This document shows, one piece after another, positions 13,766-26,420 of a stretch of DNA of 64,000 bases (within the stretch, counting starts at the first letter, position 1; each line of letters begins with the position of its first letter). Origin of the DNA: Octopus vulgaris (taxonomy: Eukaryota); NCBI GenBank assembly GCA_951406725.2, contig OX597824.1, forward strand, positions 97,774,001 through 97,838,000, given 5' to 3'. Position numbers and translations under genes: made by a program. Under the pieces are notes generated by a model that saw nothing but the letters and a program-made list of their open reading frames with translations, did no database searches and was not told where the DNA came from.

Positions 13766-13900
13766 GGGGAAGGCACGTGGCCGAATGAATAGAGTTTTGC
13801 ACTCAAGATCGCTAAATTGTGGGTTCGGTTCTCGGACCGGGTGGCGCGTTGTATTCTTAAATAAAAGCACTTCATTTCACGTTGCTCTCTGATCACTTCG
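13766..13900 (+). mobile_element. SINE family D (diverged 5' part)
   Basis: ggaccgggtggcgcgttgtattctt...cacttcatttcacgttgctc shared with 12130-12185. Confidence 0.7.
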
Positions 13901-14150
13901 TCATGTGACGCGCGGCACAATTGTGCACCTGTCCAGGTAACGTCAGTTTGATTGGAAGGAGTGAGCTAAGTTGTTCGGCAAGAAATTGCAAAACAATAAT
14001 CTGTCATTTAACGATAAGATTATGTGTGTGTGTGTGTGTCTGTATGTTAAATATATCGTTGCAAATTTGATTCAAATAAACATGATTAGTCTTGGTGTAA
14101 TATAGACGCATATACACATATATATATAGTGATATATATATATATATATA

Positions 14151-14217
<67 letters not shown>

Positions 14218-14536
14218 GAACACTTATGCACAAGCAAATATCTGCAGAAAATTAAGGGGAGAGTGCAAAAAGTCATAGATATGCAATCAGTAGATGAATG
14301 GATAAAAACATACCTTAATACTGGCTTCCTTCGTCAGGAGGGGAAGATTGACAAATAGCAGTTCACATCGTGGTGTGAGAAATTTAAGGTTTGAATGGGA
14401 AAAGAGGAAGAGGAGTAAAAAACGGTAAGAGGGAGGAGAGAGGAGTAACAGAAGTAAATGTAGTGAGTCAGAGAGTCGAAGGGCGGAGTTGAAGGGCGGA
14501 GTTGAAGGGATGAGATGGGTTATTATTGTGAAGATG

Positions 14537-14582
<46 letters not shown>

Positions 14583-14642
14583 TGTATGTATATATCTATC
14601 TATGAATATATATATGTATGTATATATATATAGGCATGTATG

Positions 14643-14695
<53 letters not shown>

Positions 14696-15339
14696 TATCT
14701 TACAGTTAAATGTATGACTGCTACTGTCGCACTTAGAGTGCCACGTAGACTATCATCGTCTTGTCGGCTTCCTGTGATTTAGCTACAACTATTTTTAGCA
14801 GATTTACTAGTTAAGATATGCAGAGAAAATGTAAGAGAAATTACAATAAACACAAATCTGCATAATTTCTTTCCTAAAATATGTTTCGCCATTATGATTG
14901 TTTGAAAACCGTCATCTTTCATGTCTCAACTAAGATTTGGTCTTTGTAATTTAATTCAATACATTATATCCAGCACTGATCTATTGCTGTATAGCAGAAA
15001 TTCTAAAGAGTCACAACGATGAAACGTACGTATGGAACAAATCATATAAACCGATGTTTATCTTAATTTTTCATCTATGAACGGGAGGGAGTGTTTGTGT
15101 GTGCGCGCGTGCGTGTTGTGCAAACATAGAAAATATGTGTATTGATAATATGTCATTATACCATTTTATATATCATCATATATACACCACATCTGTGCCT
15201 TATTAAAAGAGCAGTTTATATATTTTCGTGTTGTATTGCCGTTATAGACATCATCTAATGTTATTGGCACCTCAAGGTGTGGCGAAGTCTCGTTTCCAAG
15301 TCGCCATCTTAGAGACACATTGTTCGCTTTATTTGTTGG

Positions 15340-15403
<64 letters not shown>

Positions 15404-15489
15404 AATAATGGTGGTACTAAATATCTATGGTGATGATAGAACATAATGCATATTTGCCAATATATATAATTGTTGGCCTAAAGGTAGTC

Positions 15490-15868
15490 TGTGGTGGTGG
15501 TGGTGGTGGTGGTGGTGGTGGTGTTGGTGGTGTTGGTGGTGGTGGTGGTGGTGGTGGTGGTGGTGGTGGTGGTGGTGGTGATGGTGGTGGTGGTGGTGGT
15601 GGTGGTGGTGGTGGTGGTGGTCGTGATGGTGGTGGTGGTGGTGGTGGTGGTGGTGGTGGTGGTGGTGATGGTGGTGGTGGTGGTGGTGGTGGTGGTGGTG
15701 GTGGTGGTGGTGGTGGTGATGGTGGTGGTGGTGGTGGTGGTGATGGTGGTGGTGGTGGTGGTGGTGGTGATGGTGGTGGTGGTGGTGATGGTGGTGGTGG
15801 TGGTGGTGGTGATGGTGGTGGTGATTGTGGTGGTGGTGGTGTAGGTGGTGGTGGTGGTGGTGGTGGTA
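15490..15868. repeat. (GGT)n array with GAT interruptions
   Basis: About 380 bp, directly visible. Confidence 0.98.
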
Positions 15869-16021
15869 GATGAAATGGTAGCGGCTATGGTTGTAGTGGT
15901 AGGAGTGATGGCGGTAATGCTTGCGATAATGGTGGTGATGTAGTGGTTTGTGGTGGCTGAAGTGGTAGTGCTAGAGGGACAATGAGATTTTCGATTAGTT
16001 TCGCAACGAAGTAGTAGTAGC

Positions 16022-16071
<50 letters not shown>

Positions 16072-16194
16072 CAGCAGCAGCAGCAGCAGTTCATATTGTT
16101 GCTGGAGTTGTAGTGTTTTTAAAATGACTCTCAACTTAAAAGACAACAGCTGTCGTCCACACCTTATACAACTACAACCATCACAACTACCACA

Positions 16195-16425
16195 ACTGCT
16201 ACCACCACTACCATCACCACCACCACCACCACCACCACCACCACCACTACCACCACTACCACAACCACCACCACCACCACCACCACCACCACCACACCAC
16301 CACCACCACCACCACCACAACCACCACCACAACCACCACCATCACCACCACCACCACAACCACAACCACTATCACCACCACCACCACAACCACCACCACT
16401 ATCACCACCACCACCACAACCACCA
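16195..16425. repeat. (ACC)n array, complementary to the upstream (GGT)n
   Basis: About 230 bp of CAC/CAA/CAT triplets. Confidence 0.97.
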
Positions 16426-16564
16426 CTGTCAGTATGGACACCAGCGCAAGTATCATAACCATCGTTGAGGTTATCGTCGTCATGGTTACCCCTTTGAGAT
16501 CAACATGATGGTTTTTGTTTTTGTTGTTTGTTTTCCGTTTATTCATTTATTTACTTATTTGTAG

Positions 16565-16815
16565 TTATTGATGGAGTCTAGGGAGAGTGATTAGTCCAAT
16601 TCTTGCTCGGAATTTCCTTCCACAAGCGGGACCAGTGGTTCTGGATGGAAAGTCGCTTTTCGCTTAGTTCTTGTCTATTTTTTTCTGCGACTCCTCTTGT
16701 CCGAGAGTCCTATTGGTTTAAAAAGTTGATAACCCCCCGCCTTTGATGATGGATCTTCACCATCCTCCATCTTGAACATTTCTCTCCCAGTTCTGGATGT
16801 CAATATTACATTTCT
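16565..16815 (-). mobile_element. RTE-clade LINE 3' remnant
   Basis: Minus-strand CNIDIQNWERNVQDGGW*RSIIKGG and GPACGRKFRARIGLI match the RTE C-terminus (DR..WR..I..G; C..CGR.FRARIGL.SH). Confidence 0.75.
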
Positions 16816-16819
16816 TGCT

Positions 16820-17240
16820 AAGGCGGCGAGCTGGCAGAAACGTTAGCACGCCGGGCGAAATGCTTAGCGGTATTTCGTCAGCCGCTACGTCCTGAGTTCA
16901 AATTCTGCCGAGGTCGACTTTGCCTTTCATCCTTTCGAGGTCGATAAATTAAGTACCAGTTGTGTACTGGGCTCGATGTAATCGACTGGTCCTCTCCTCC
17001 AAAATTTCGGGCCTTGTGCCTAGAGTAGGCAGCGAGTTGGCAGAATCGTTAGCGAGCCAGGCAAAGTGCTTAGCAACACTTCGTCCGTCTTTTCATTCTA
17101 AGTTCAAATCTCGCAGTGGTCGATACTTTGCCTTTTATTCTTTCAGGGTCGATAAACCAAATACCAGTTGAACATTAGGGTCGATGTGATCGACTTATTC
17201 CCTTCGTCGAAATTGCTGGCCTTGTGCCTATTGTAGAAAA
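16820..17240 (+). mobile_element. Two tandem SINE family A copies
   Basis: Heads at 16820 (aaggcggcgagctggcagaaacgttagc) and about 17027 (aggcagcgagttggcagaatcgttagc), each with core and ggccttgtgccta tail. Confidence 0.88.
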
Positions 17241-17994
17241 GAATATTATTTACCGATTTAAGCAAGTAAAGGGAGATTACACTGGGCATGTTCCTGTATA
17301 ATTATGACCTCGTCATTTGAACCATAGGCCAAGTAGAAATGAGAGAATCACTAAGTCGATATGGCACATTTGTTGTTGCAGAAACAGCATTTGTTTTTGT
17401 TTTTGAACGACAAAATACAGAAATACATTTATCTGTGAATTTAAACATTGGTTTCGAAATATGGCACAAGGCCAGCAATTGTGGGGACGGAGGAGATAAG
17501 TCGATCACATCGACCCCCAGGACTCGAACACGCCATCACTTAGGTATAAACTTCAGAAAGTACCCACAGAGAAACAGACAATGCACGCGAGTACAACCAG
17601 TCACATACAACAGAGACACACATTGTTACCACCACCACCACCACCACCACACATTAACAATAACAACAACATCAGCTTCATATGTACCATGGAAAACAAT
17701 AACAAGAATTACAACACCAAACACTTTCACAATTATGAATCAAGGATGTTTCTGTGATGACTCGCTTGAAATAACAGTGAAATGTCCCTCTCCTCCCATC
17801 TCGGCCTACCGTGTTAGAACGGACAAGTTAGATAAAGTGGTCGAGGGTTTCTCGCTCGACGGGATGATCATGATTAGAATGTCTTTGATTATTTGGGCTT
17901 TCTTCATCAGGGTCGTCGCTCTCGGGCTAAACAACAGCGATAGTAATAAGGTTCACATTTAACTCATGAAAGGAACTTTATTTTGGAAGACAAA

Positions 17995-18030
<36 letters not shown>

Positions 18031-18767
18031 AGGAGAAAGAAGGAGAGAGTGAAAGAAAGGAAGGAAGAAAGAAATGGATGAATGGAAATTTAAGATTAAG
18101 AGTTAAGCATTCGGTTGTATTCTCTAATAGAAGCGCGTAAATTTGGTTTTATTGTCCCACGGCCAAAATAACGAAGCGATGGATTTAAAGAATGGAAACT
18201 GCTTCCATTGTAAACAACAGGCGGACCAGCCATTTGCTTGGCTGTCTGTTTGTTGGTTTGTTTGTTTTCTCTCCCTCTTCTTATTCCTTATTTCGTTTTT
18301 TCTTTTATTTCTGTTAACGAAAATGGCGTCTCGGTGAAATAAACAAACAAATAAAGACGGGGAACTCGCAACAGACAAAAAAAAAGAGAAAAAATAAAAT
18401 CCATTCGTCGTTGGTTTATTAAGAAAACCAGGATTTTGGATTGTTTGTGTCGATTCTTCGTTAGTTTTCCTGAAATTGCCTCTGGTGCTACTTTACTGGT
18501 GGAAGACGGTAGGGTGGATGGCGAGTTCGAGTGGTGATTAGAGTTGAGGACGAGCGAGAGATAAAATGGTGATGATGATGACGACGATGATGATGATGAT
18601 GATGATAGTGTCTGGGTGGTGACCAAGGACGGGGGTGGTGCGGGAGAAGCTATATTTATATTCATATATTTATATATTTATTATTTTATATTTCTTTTTA
18701 GATTTTATTTCGTTTAATTTTTCTCTGTGCCTAATTTGTTTTAGGATTCTCGCTATTATTATTATTA

Positions 18768-18841
<74 letters not shown>

Positions 18842-19246
18842 GTTATTATTGCAGTAGTTTTTTTTTTATCCGGTTATGTGTTTATTTATTTATTTATCAA
18901 GCTTTCTCTCTTTACATCAAATTTTAATAACATTTTTTTCGCCCAAGTTACCGACGAATTACCACCACAACCATCGGCTCCGCCCTCTACACAATCACCA
19001 CCACCACCACCACGACCAATCTCCCTCCCTCCCTGTCTCTCTCTGTTTCAACACCGCCCAACCCATATTCTCTAAGTCACTAATTACCAATTAATATTTC
19101 CCTCACTGCTGACGTCACTAATTCGCTACTGGAAAACAATGCGTTTAGTGTAGGGGTTAAACCTATCTATCTGTCTGTGTCCTCTTCCCTACACACACAT
19201 GTGTGTGTGTGTATAATATATATACACACAGACACACAGACACACA

Positions 19247-19281
<35 letters not shown>

Positions 19282-19667
19282 GCGCACGATATGTTTGTAT
19301 ATGTATGCATGTATGTGTTTGCGCGATACGTAAATCACGCTCGAGTGACGACATTCACGGTTCGCTGCGCGTGTATATGCATGTCGGTGCACACAGACTG
19401 CTCCACATCGGCCCCTTCCCTCCACCCCCTCTGCCCCTCCCCCTACACCTTCTTTCCACGCTGTGCCGTTGCACTGCGTCCCTTCGGCTATGTCTGTCTG
19501 GTGTCAGGAGAGCCGAGAAGGTAGCCATGGGGCCGTTGGGAGACGCACCTTGGCCATACTGCCTCTCTGTCTGTCTGTGTGTCGACTCTACACATTTTTC
19601 TCATTGTTTCTGGTGGTTGTAATTAAACAGCAACTTTGACTGATTGCTGTCAGCAACAACAACAACA

Positions 19668-19720
<53 letters not shown>

Positions 19721-20009
19721 CACTACTACTACTACTGCTGCTGCTGCTTTTACTGTCACTGTTGTCATTGTATTTACATCGACCGAAACGCAGAAACCTG
19801 AACCCGGTTTCTCGATCTTTGCTGTTAAAGAAGAGTCGAATCTCCCTTAAATCCTGCTGCCCTGCTGTCTTAAATAAAGTTGGATGGTCACTGATGGAAG
19901 GCCTCTTTGGTCATAGATCCGCCAGACGCCATTTTGCACCTGGAACTCACCGATGTTGGCCGGACTGTGAAGACCACCAAAAGAACATCGGAAGCAACGG
20001 CAGCGAGAA

Positions 20010-20041
<32 letters not shown>

Positions 20042-20269
20042 GCAGCAGCAGCAGCAGCAACAACAACAATATGGTTGTGTTTGTGTATAAAGTTAGTCTT
20101 GTGAGATCCTGGGAAATCTTGGTTTAATTTGATTCGTGAAACAGCATCTACGGAACCATTCGGGGTCCATACAGGAGTGATAGTCCCGGTTGGCATATCT
20201 GTGTCGTTCTGGTGCTGTCCTTTTTTTTTTTTTTCGAGTATCCTTTCCTTTAACACCAAGCCTCAAATT

Positions 20270-20815
20270 CTTCACCTCTTCCTAAAGTTCTTCCTACTTA
20301 CAGGCTCCAATGGAAGCGATCCCTTGCAATGTCCTCCCACCTTCCAGGGTTCAGTCACTTCATGTGTGCTCCAAAACAGATTCAGACCTCCACCGTTCTG
20401 CTCTGTCTCCGGAAGCCATCTCCTTCTGCGGCATGTCTTTCTGAATCTGTTCATCTAACATACGATATACGTTACTCAGCCAACGGAGATGTCGCAGTTG
20501 TAGTACGATGAAGATGCTGGCTATCGAAGCGCAGTCCAGAACCTCCTTGTTGGTGACCAGGTCAGTTCATTTAATATCTGAGATCTTTATTTATCCTTGA
20601 CAACCCAGACGGCTCAGCTGATGCACAGACTGCGAAAGTGGAAGGTATTCAGATATTGTTCTTGTCTCCGGGTCTCACAGCCGACCAGCTCTCTGCCAAG
20701 GGAGCAGGATCTGAGATCGCAACTGTGGTCTGCCTCATTATCTTACTGATCTCCCAGACTTTCCAACTTAACCTCACGAATGCTAAAGCAGCTTCCTCGA
20801 CCCGTCTTCTAGTTT
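20270..20815 (-). mobile_element. RTE-clade LINE remnant (RT thumb to C-terminal region)
   Basis: RRVEEAALAFVRLSWKVW, LNTFHFRSL, VTNKEVLDCASIASIFIVLQLRHLRWLSNVYRMLDEQIQK and WEDIARDRFHW match RTE motifs (AFGRL...VW; FH.RCL; N.EVL; RLRWLGHV.RM; W...A.DR..W). Confidence 0.85.
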
Positions 20816-20834
20816 TAGATTCTAGGAAGAAGCT

Positions 20835-20943
20835 GAAAAGATGAAAGGCAAAGTCAACCTCGGCCGAATGTGAACCCATAACGTGAAAACTGGCGAAGAC
20901 CTGCAAAGCATTTTGCTCTGCACGTTACCGATTCTGCCAGCTT
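20835..20943 (-). mobile_element. SINE family A (partial)
   Basis: gatgaaaggcaaagtcaacctcggccgaat...gattctgccagct. Confidence 0.7.
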
Positions 20944-21189
20944 TTTGCTATAGTAGTGTGCTGGGGGTATCGCAAGTTACATGCTGCAACACGAATCTGG
21001 GCTCCTTACACGTTCTTCAGACGATTTTGATTTGAATATTGTGTTTCGCGTGGTCTGTGTTGTTGTGAAAAGGTTGGAGGCCTCAAAGAGGTAAAAAAAA
21101 TAATGCTGTGATTTCGCTAAATCTACTATTGTTGTAGGTCAGGGCTGAGATTTTTTGAGAAAGACAAAAAGAAAACGGAGGTAGATGAA

Positions 21190-21395
21190 GAGGAGGGGGA
21201 GGAGGGGGAGGAAGGGGAGGAGGAGAAGAAGAAGAAGAAGAAGAAGAAGAAGAAGAAGAAGAAGAAGAATGGTGAAGAAGAAGAAGAAGAAGAAGAAGAA
21301 GAAGAAGAAGAAGAAGAAGAAGAAGAAGAAGAAGAAGAAGAAGAAGAAGAAGAAGAAGAAGAAGAAGAAGAAGAAGAAGAAGAAGAAGAAGAAGA
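21190..21395. repeat. (GAA)n purine array
   Basis: Directly visible. Confidence 0.97.
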
Positions 21396-21699
21396 ATGGG
21401 CCAGAGATTTCAATGGCTTAACAACAGGATTTAGAAGACCTAAACGTCGTGCGGTATTTCTCAATGAATCCCACAGCTTATGTTCTACATCCAGAAAATA
21501 ATGTCCTAAGGGAAAAGTAAATTGTGTGTTCCGTCATGGTTTATCTTATAAAGAACCAACTACTAGTGACACCTACAATTCAGTACAACAGGGAATACCA
21601 TTTGGAACGGTGCTGCCACAACAAACCTCTGAGACCACATTGCCTAAAAGGCACAAATTGGCTTGAAGTTGCTCACCAAACCCTTCCAATACTTGGCCC

Positions 21700-21970
21700 T
21701 CAAACTTGCTGTCCCCTGTCTCCGCTTTTTCCTCCACGCCATCAATGATTTCAAATCCTCCATGCGAAATAAGTCTTCTCACCTCAAAGACTCCTGCTTC
21801 TCTCGTCTCGTGTCTTTTTGCCATTCCTATTCTGTCCGTTCACCATACCAATTCTAATACCATTGCACCCAGTCCTTCCTCCCCTGCACGTCAATCCCAC
21901 TGGATTACTCTGTCCTTGGTTTTCTCGCAGACCTCAACATGCAACGACTGAACAGGAACCCTAACGAAAT
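21700..21970 (+). mobile_element. Possible highly degenerate LINE AP-endonuclease fragment
   Basis: Weak resemblance to YRSP.S and GDFN.H motifs (tctgtccgttcacca; gcagacctcaacatg); no continuous frame. Confidence 0.25.
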
Positions 21971-22029
21971 CGGCGACATCGGTCTCGGAGGGTCTCTGCA
22001 GTTTAGGGACACATGTTCTCCTTTCAGTC

Positions 22030-22072
22030 CTCATCATCATCACCGTCATCATCATCATCATCATCATCATCG

Positions 22073-22104
<32 letters not shown>

Positions 22105-22345
22105 GTCGTCGGTATCATCATCATCATCATCATCATCATTATTGTCATCATTATCCCATCTTCTTTTTCTTCTTCTTCTTCTTCTCTTCTTCTCTTCTTC
22201 TTCTTCTTCCTCTTCTTCTTCTCTTCTCTTCTTCTTCTTCTCTTCTTCTTCTTCTTCTTCTTCTTCTTCTTCTTCTTCTTCTTCTTCTTCTCTTCTTCTT
22301 CTTCTTCTTCTTCTTCTTCTTCTTCTTCTTCTTCTTCTTCTTCTC
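22030..22345. repeat. (CAT)n/(CGT)n followed by (TTC)n arrays
   Basis: Directly visible. Confidence 0.96.
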
Positions 22346-22668
22346 CTCCTTTTTCTTCTCCCCTGCTTTCTTTCTTTCTTTCCTTCCCTCTGTATTTCTC
22401 TCTCCCAAACCCCCACCGCACTAACTCCCAACTCCCACCGCACCAATATTTCCAACCAATTTAACTGTCCTTCCTTGCTCTTAACTTTATTTACAACAGG
22501 AATTTTTCAATTTCTCTCATTGCCCTCTTCACATACAAAAGTCTCTCTCTCTCTGTCTCACACATTCTACACACCTACACATACATACATTCATATATAC
22601 ATGCATATATGCATACATACATATACATATACATATATACATATATATATATGTATATATATATGTAC

Positions 22669-22708
<40 letters not shown>

Positions 22709-22757
22709 GTATATGTATGTATGTATATATATATATATATATATATACAAATGCGCG

Positions 22758-22798
<41 letters not shown>

Positions 22799-23089
22799 GG
22801 ACATACACATATCTGCACACACACACACACACACACTGACTCCCTCCTGGCCATTTTAACATTCCTTTGACATTTTCTTCTCTTCTGGCAAAACCTACTT
22901 CATTTCGAAATGTTGAGAACAATTTTGTCACAGAAAAACAACTGGCAAAGTTCTTAAAAGACATTTCCCGTTCTCCATTGTTGTTATATTTCAACTTCGA
23001 CATTCAGAAATGAAGACATTAAATGATATTTTCCCTTCATTAAACACCTTCATAAAACCTGGTCGTCTGCTTTCATGAATCTGTGACCA

Positions 23090-23316
23090 CCTTTTACCTT
23101 GCTTTCACCCCCTCTCTCTCTAGCTTCCTTTCTCTCTCTCTCTCCCTCCCTCCCCCCTCTCTTTCACTCTATCCCTCTTCTTCTCCCTTATCTCTCTCTC
23201 GCCTTCTCTCTTGTCTTTTCTACTCCCCTTCCAGCCCAAGCATTTTCTTCTTTTCTCTTTCTGCTGCTTCTGCTTCTTCTCACTCTTCCTCCTACTACTA
23301 TTTCTTCACGTGTCAT

Positions 23317-23359
<43 letters not shown>

Positions 23360-24450
23360 CGCCTTCTCTCTTGTCTTTTCTGCTCCCCTCTTTCTTATAT
23401 CTATTCAACCCTCAACTAAAACCTCAAACCTTTCTTTCTCTCCCTCCCTCCCTCTCTCTTTCACTCTATCCCTCTTCTTCTCCCTCTTCTTCTCCCTTCT
23501 CTTACTCCATTCTCTTACTCTACCTCATCCCTCTCACTTCTACCCTTGCGTCGTTATTTTCTTTTACCCCTCTTCCTCCAAAACCTCCTCCCCGTCCTCC
23601 CCGTCCTCTTCTTCTTCTTCTTCTTCTTCTTCTTCTTCTTCTTCTCCTTTTTTTCCTCCTCCTCCTCCTTCTCCTCTTCTTCTTCATCACTAATGCTTCC
23701 TTCTTTCTCTTTTTCTATCTCTCCTCCTTTCTTTGTTTACAGTCTTCATTGTTTCTTGTCGTCCATTTATGTCCCTTTTGCTAAAACCCGAAAGTCTTTC
23801 TCTTCCTCCTCCACCACCTCCTCCTCCCCTTCTCCCTCCACCTTCTTACTCTTCCCTCCTTTGTTTCCTTTGTCGTCTTTCTCCCACTCTTCCCTCCACC
23901 CACAATACTTCATCTCTCTCTCCCTCCTCTCCCTTCACCCTTCTCTTTCCAATCCTCCATTTCTTTATCTTCGTCCGTTAATTTCCTTTTCCTTTTCACC
24001 TCCTCCCTCTCCCTTCATTAATGTTTCCCTCTCTACTCCCCCTCCCCATTTCCCCCTCTCTATCCTTTCCTTTTCTTTGTCTCTTTTCGTCCTCCCACCC
24101 TTTTTATTTCATTGAACTTTACTCCACCTCACACTCTTCCTCTTATTCTCTCTCCCTTTCTTTCTCTTTTCTTCTTCCCTATATCTCTCCTCTCCGACTT
24201 CTTTGTAACGCTGTCGTCTGCTTTAATGATTTTTCCCCCTGCTTTAATCACTTCATTCCCTCGCCTCCTCCTCTTCCTCATCCTCCTCTCACTTCTGGTT
24301 CCTCCCACTCTACTATATTATTATTCTCTGCTTTAATCACTTCATTCCGTCTTTCTCCTCCTCCTCCTCCTCCTCCTCATTCTGTATATCATTTTCGCCT
24401 GCTGTAATGATTCCATCTCTTCCTTCCACTCCTTCTAACCCTTCTAACTC
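23090..24450. repeat. About 1.35-kb polypyrimidine low-complexity tract with internal duplications
   Basis: Strongly C/T-rich; ctttcactctatccctcttcttctccct and cgccttctctcttgtcttttct each occur twice, tgctttaatcacttcattcc twice. Confidence 0.9.
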
Positions 24451-24601
24451 TTTCACATCTGATCCAACACAAAAGAAGAAGGAGATAAAACAAGGAGCTG
24501 AAGGAACAGCTTTCTAAGACGATCCTACAAATTTTCGTCAAAGCTTTAAATAAAGAAGACTCATAAATAAAACAAATATTAGTTAATAACGAGTACCTAA
24601 T

Positions 24602-24770
24602 GCAGTGGTTCTCAGCTACAGCTCTTAGGGCCGCATGCAGCCCTCAAGCCCCTTTCCGGGGGTCACTAACGGTCTTCTGTCTATAAATATAATAAAGTTT
24701 TCTTTGAGTTGTGTTTTACTTATTTGGTGCGAGCCCCTAAAAAGATCCTGGCTTTGGACCAGGCCCGGAT
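24602..24770. mobile_element. Possible hAT-like MITE fragment
   Basis: Begins cagtggttctca...gggccgcatgcagccc, a hAT/Charlie-type terminal motif; second end not resolved. Confidence 0.3.
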
Positions 24771-24924
24771 ATTAAGAAAAGCTGAGAAGAGCAAGTAGCA
24801 TTAGAATAATTAATGATAAGTAACCCGGATTGCTGACGATAGTTGGGGAAAGCATAAAGGGTTTGTGCCGCCGGACAGCGGAATTTAATGTCATTATTAA
24901 GTGTAAGAGGAATAAACCCACAAC

Positions 24925-26040
24925 ACACATAGGATGGTCGGGATCAGCGAAAATACTCAGATAATCCTTAGCGTTAATTTTGTTATATAGCACAACATAA
25001 GCACAAAGAGAAATGTATATGGCTGCCCAAATCATCACAAAGTCACCTCCACGGTTCATGGAAAGGGCCAAACCGTCTGGATTCAAGGCTTCTTTGAGAT
25101 ATCTCCAGACATAATCTCGCCGCGGAATGAAAGAAAGGGAGAAAGATGATTAATCAGACATGACATTATTCCATTGAGCCAGTGGTCTGTTCTGAGAGTC
25201 TAAACACCATTTATTCTGCTTTCCTAATGTTGATGAGAGACAGAAGAGGTTTGCCAGTTGGAACGCTCCCATCTTGTCTAGCTTTATGGGGCTCACAACG
25301 AACTCTTTAGTTTCACACAGGAGCAGCAAGATGGTGCTTTACCCATTTCTTTACTGCCCACAAGGGGCTAAACACAGAAGGGACAAACAAGGACAGACAA
25401 ACGGATTAAGTCGATTACATCGACCCCAGTGCGAAACTGGTACTTTATTTATTGATCCCGAAAGGATGAAAGCAAAGTCGACCTCGGCGGAATTTGAACT
25501 CAGAACGTAACGGCAGACGAAATACCACTAAGCATTTCGCCCAGCGTGCTAACGTTTCTGCCAGTTCGACGCCCTGTAAGACGGTGCTTTGGCCCATCTG
25601 TCACCTTCGCTGCTGTTGTTCGATCGCTTTCAGACGCAATGCATTCACTCTTCTGCCGTCCCTCAGTGGCGTCTGCTTTCCGTCCAGAATTACGCTTCCC
25701 GGAACTGGTTCTACCCTGGTTTTGGAATACCCACATGATTTTAAAGACTTCACTTCTCGGAACAGTAAGCAATTCAGCAGATTTAGAGACTGAAGCTCCA
25801 ACCATCCGCGCTGCGACAATCTGTCCTGTTTGGAAACCAAATAAGTCACGTATTTTAAGCTATTTAAATACAAATCCCACAAAATAGAAAAACAGATTGG
25901 CGATATCATAAAGTGCAAGGATGCACAATGCACAGGAACCCACGCGGAGAGAGTAAAAGAGATTTGGATTTGGCAAATGGCCAATAGAAAAATAATAGTA
26001 AAATAAAAGGAGGTGTTTCCTTTATTTTCTCTAAACCATG
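24925..26040 (-). mobile_element. Tc1-like DNA transposon remnant (5' TIR, HTH, start of the DDE domain) with SINE insertion
   Basis: GASVSKSAELLTVPRSEVFKIM...GRTSSGKRNSGRK (paired-like HTH) and NPDGLALSMNRGGDFVMIWAAI...INAKDYLSIFAD..HPM; TIR-like aggtgtttcctttattttctctaaaccatg (26011-26040) resembles the TIR at 43307-43336. Confidence 0.85.
25346..25574 (-). mobile_element. SINE family A, near full length, inserted in the Tc1 remnant
   Basis: Reverse complement of the 1853-2090 type; flanked by aagatggtgctttaccca (25328-25345) and aagacggtgctttggccca (25578-25596). Confidence 0.88.
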
Positions 26041-26076
26041 TCTAGACATGCGAACATTTATACATGGGTGGCTACA

Positions 26077-26112
<36 letters not shown>

Positions 26113-26129
26113 CCTGTATACATATGTCG

Positions 26130-26220
<91 letters not shown>

Positions 26221-26389
26221 CGCTCCTTGGTGTATGCCCTTCTGTTATTTTTATAGCTCTATTTCAAAAGTAAGCAAAAAATTTTAAAAATCATGAGATA
26301 TCTAACGATGCCAATACAGGAACATAGAAGAACGGTTTCTCTTCGAGAAGGAAGTCAGGTATACAGATATGTATGTATGTGTGTGTGTA

Positions 26390-26420
<31 letters not shown>

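Noticed and set aside
14470-14510. Tandem gaagggcggagtt units containing GC boxes
   Set aside because: A short local duplication inside purine-rich low-complexity sequence; insufficient for a promoter call.
17339-17962. 207-aa ORF
   Set aside because: A patchwork of a SINE tail, a (CAC)n run and a dispersed repeat tail also seen near 53380-53560; no coherent protein.
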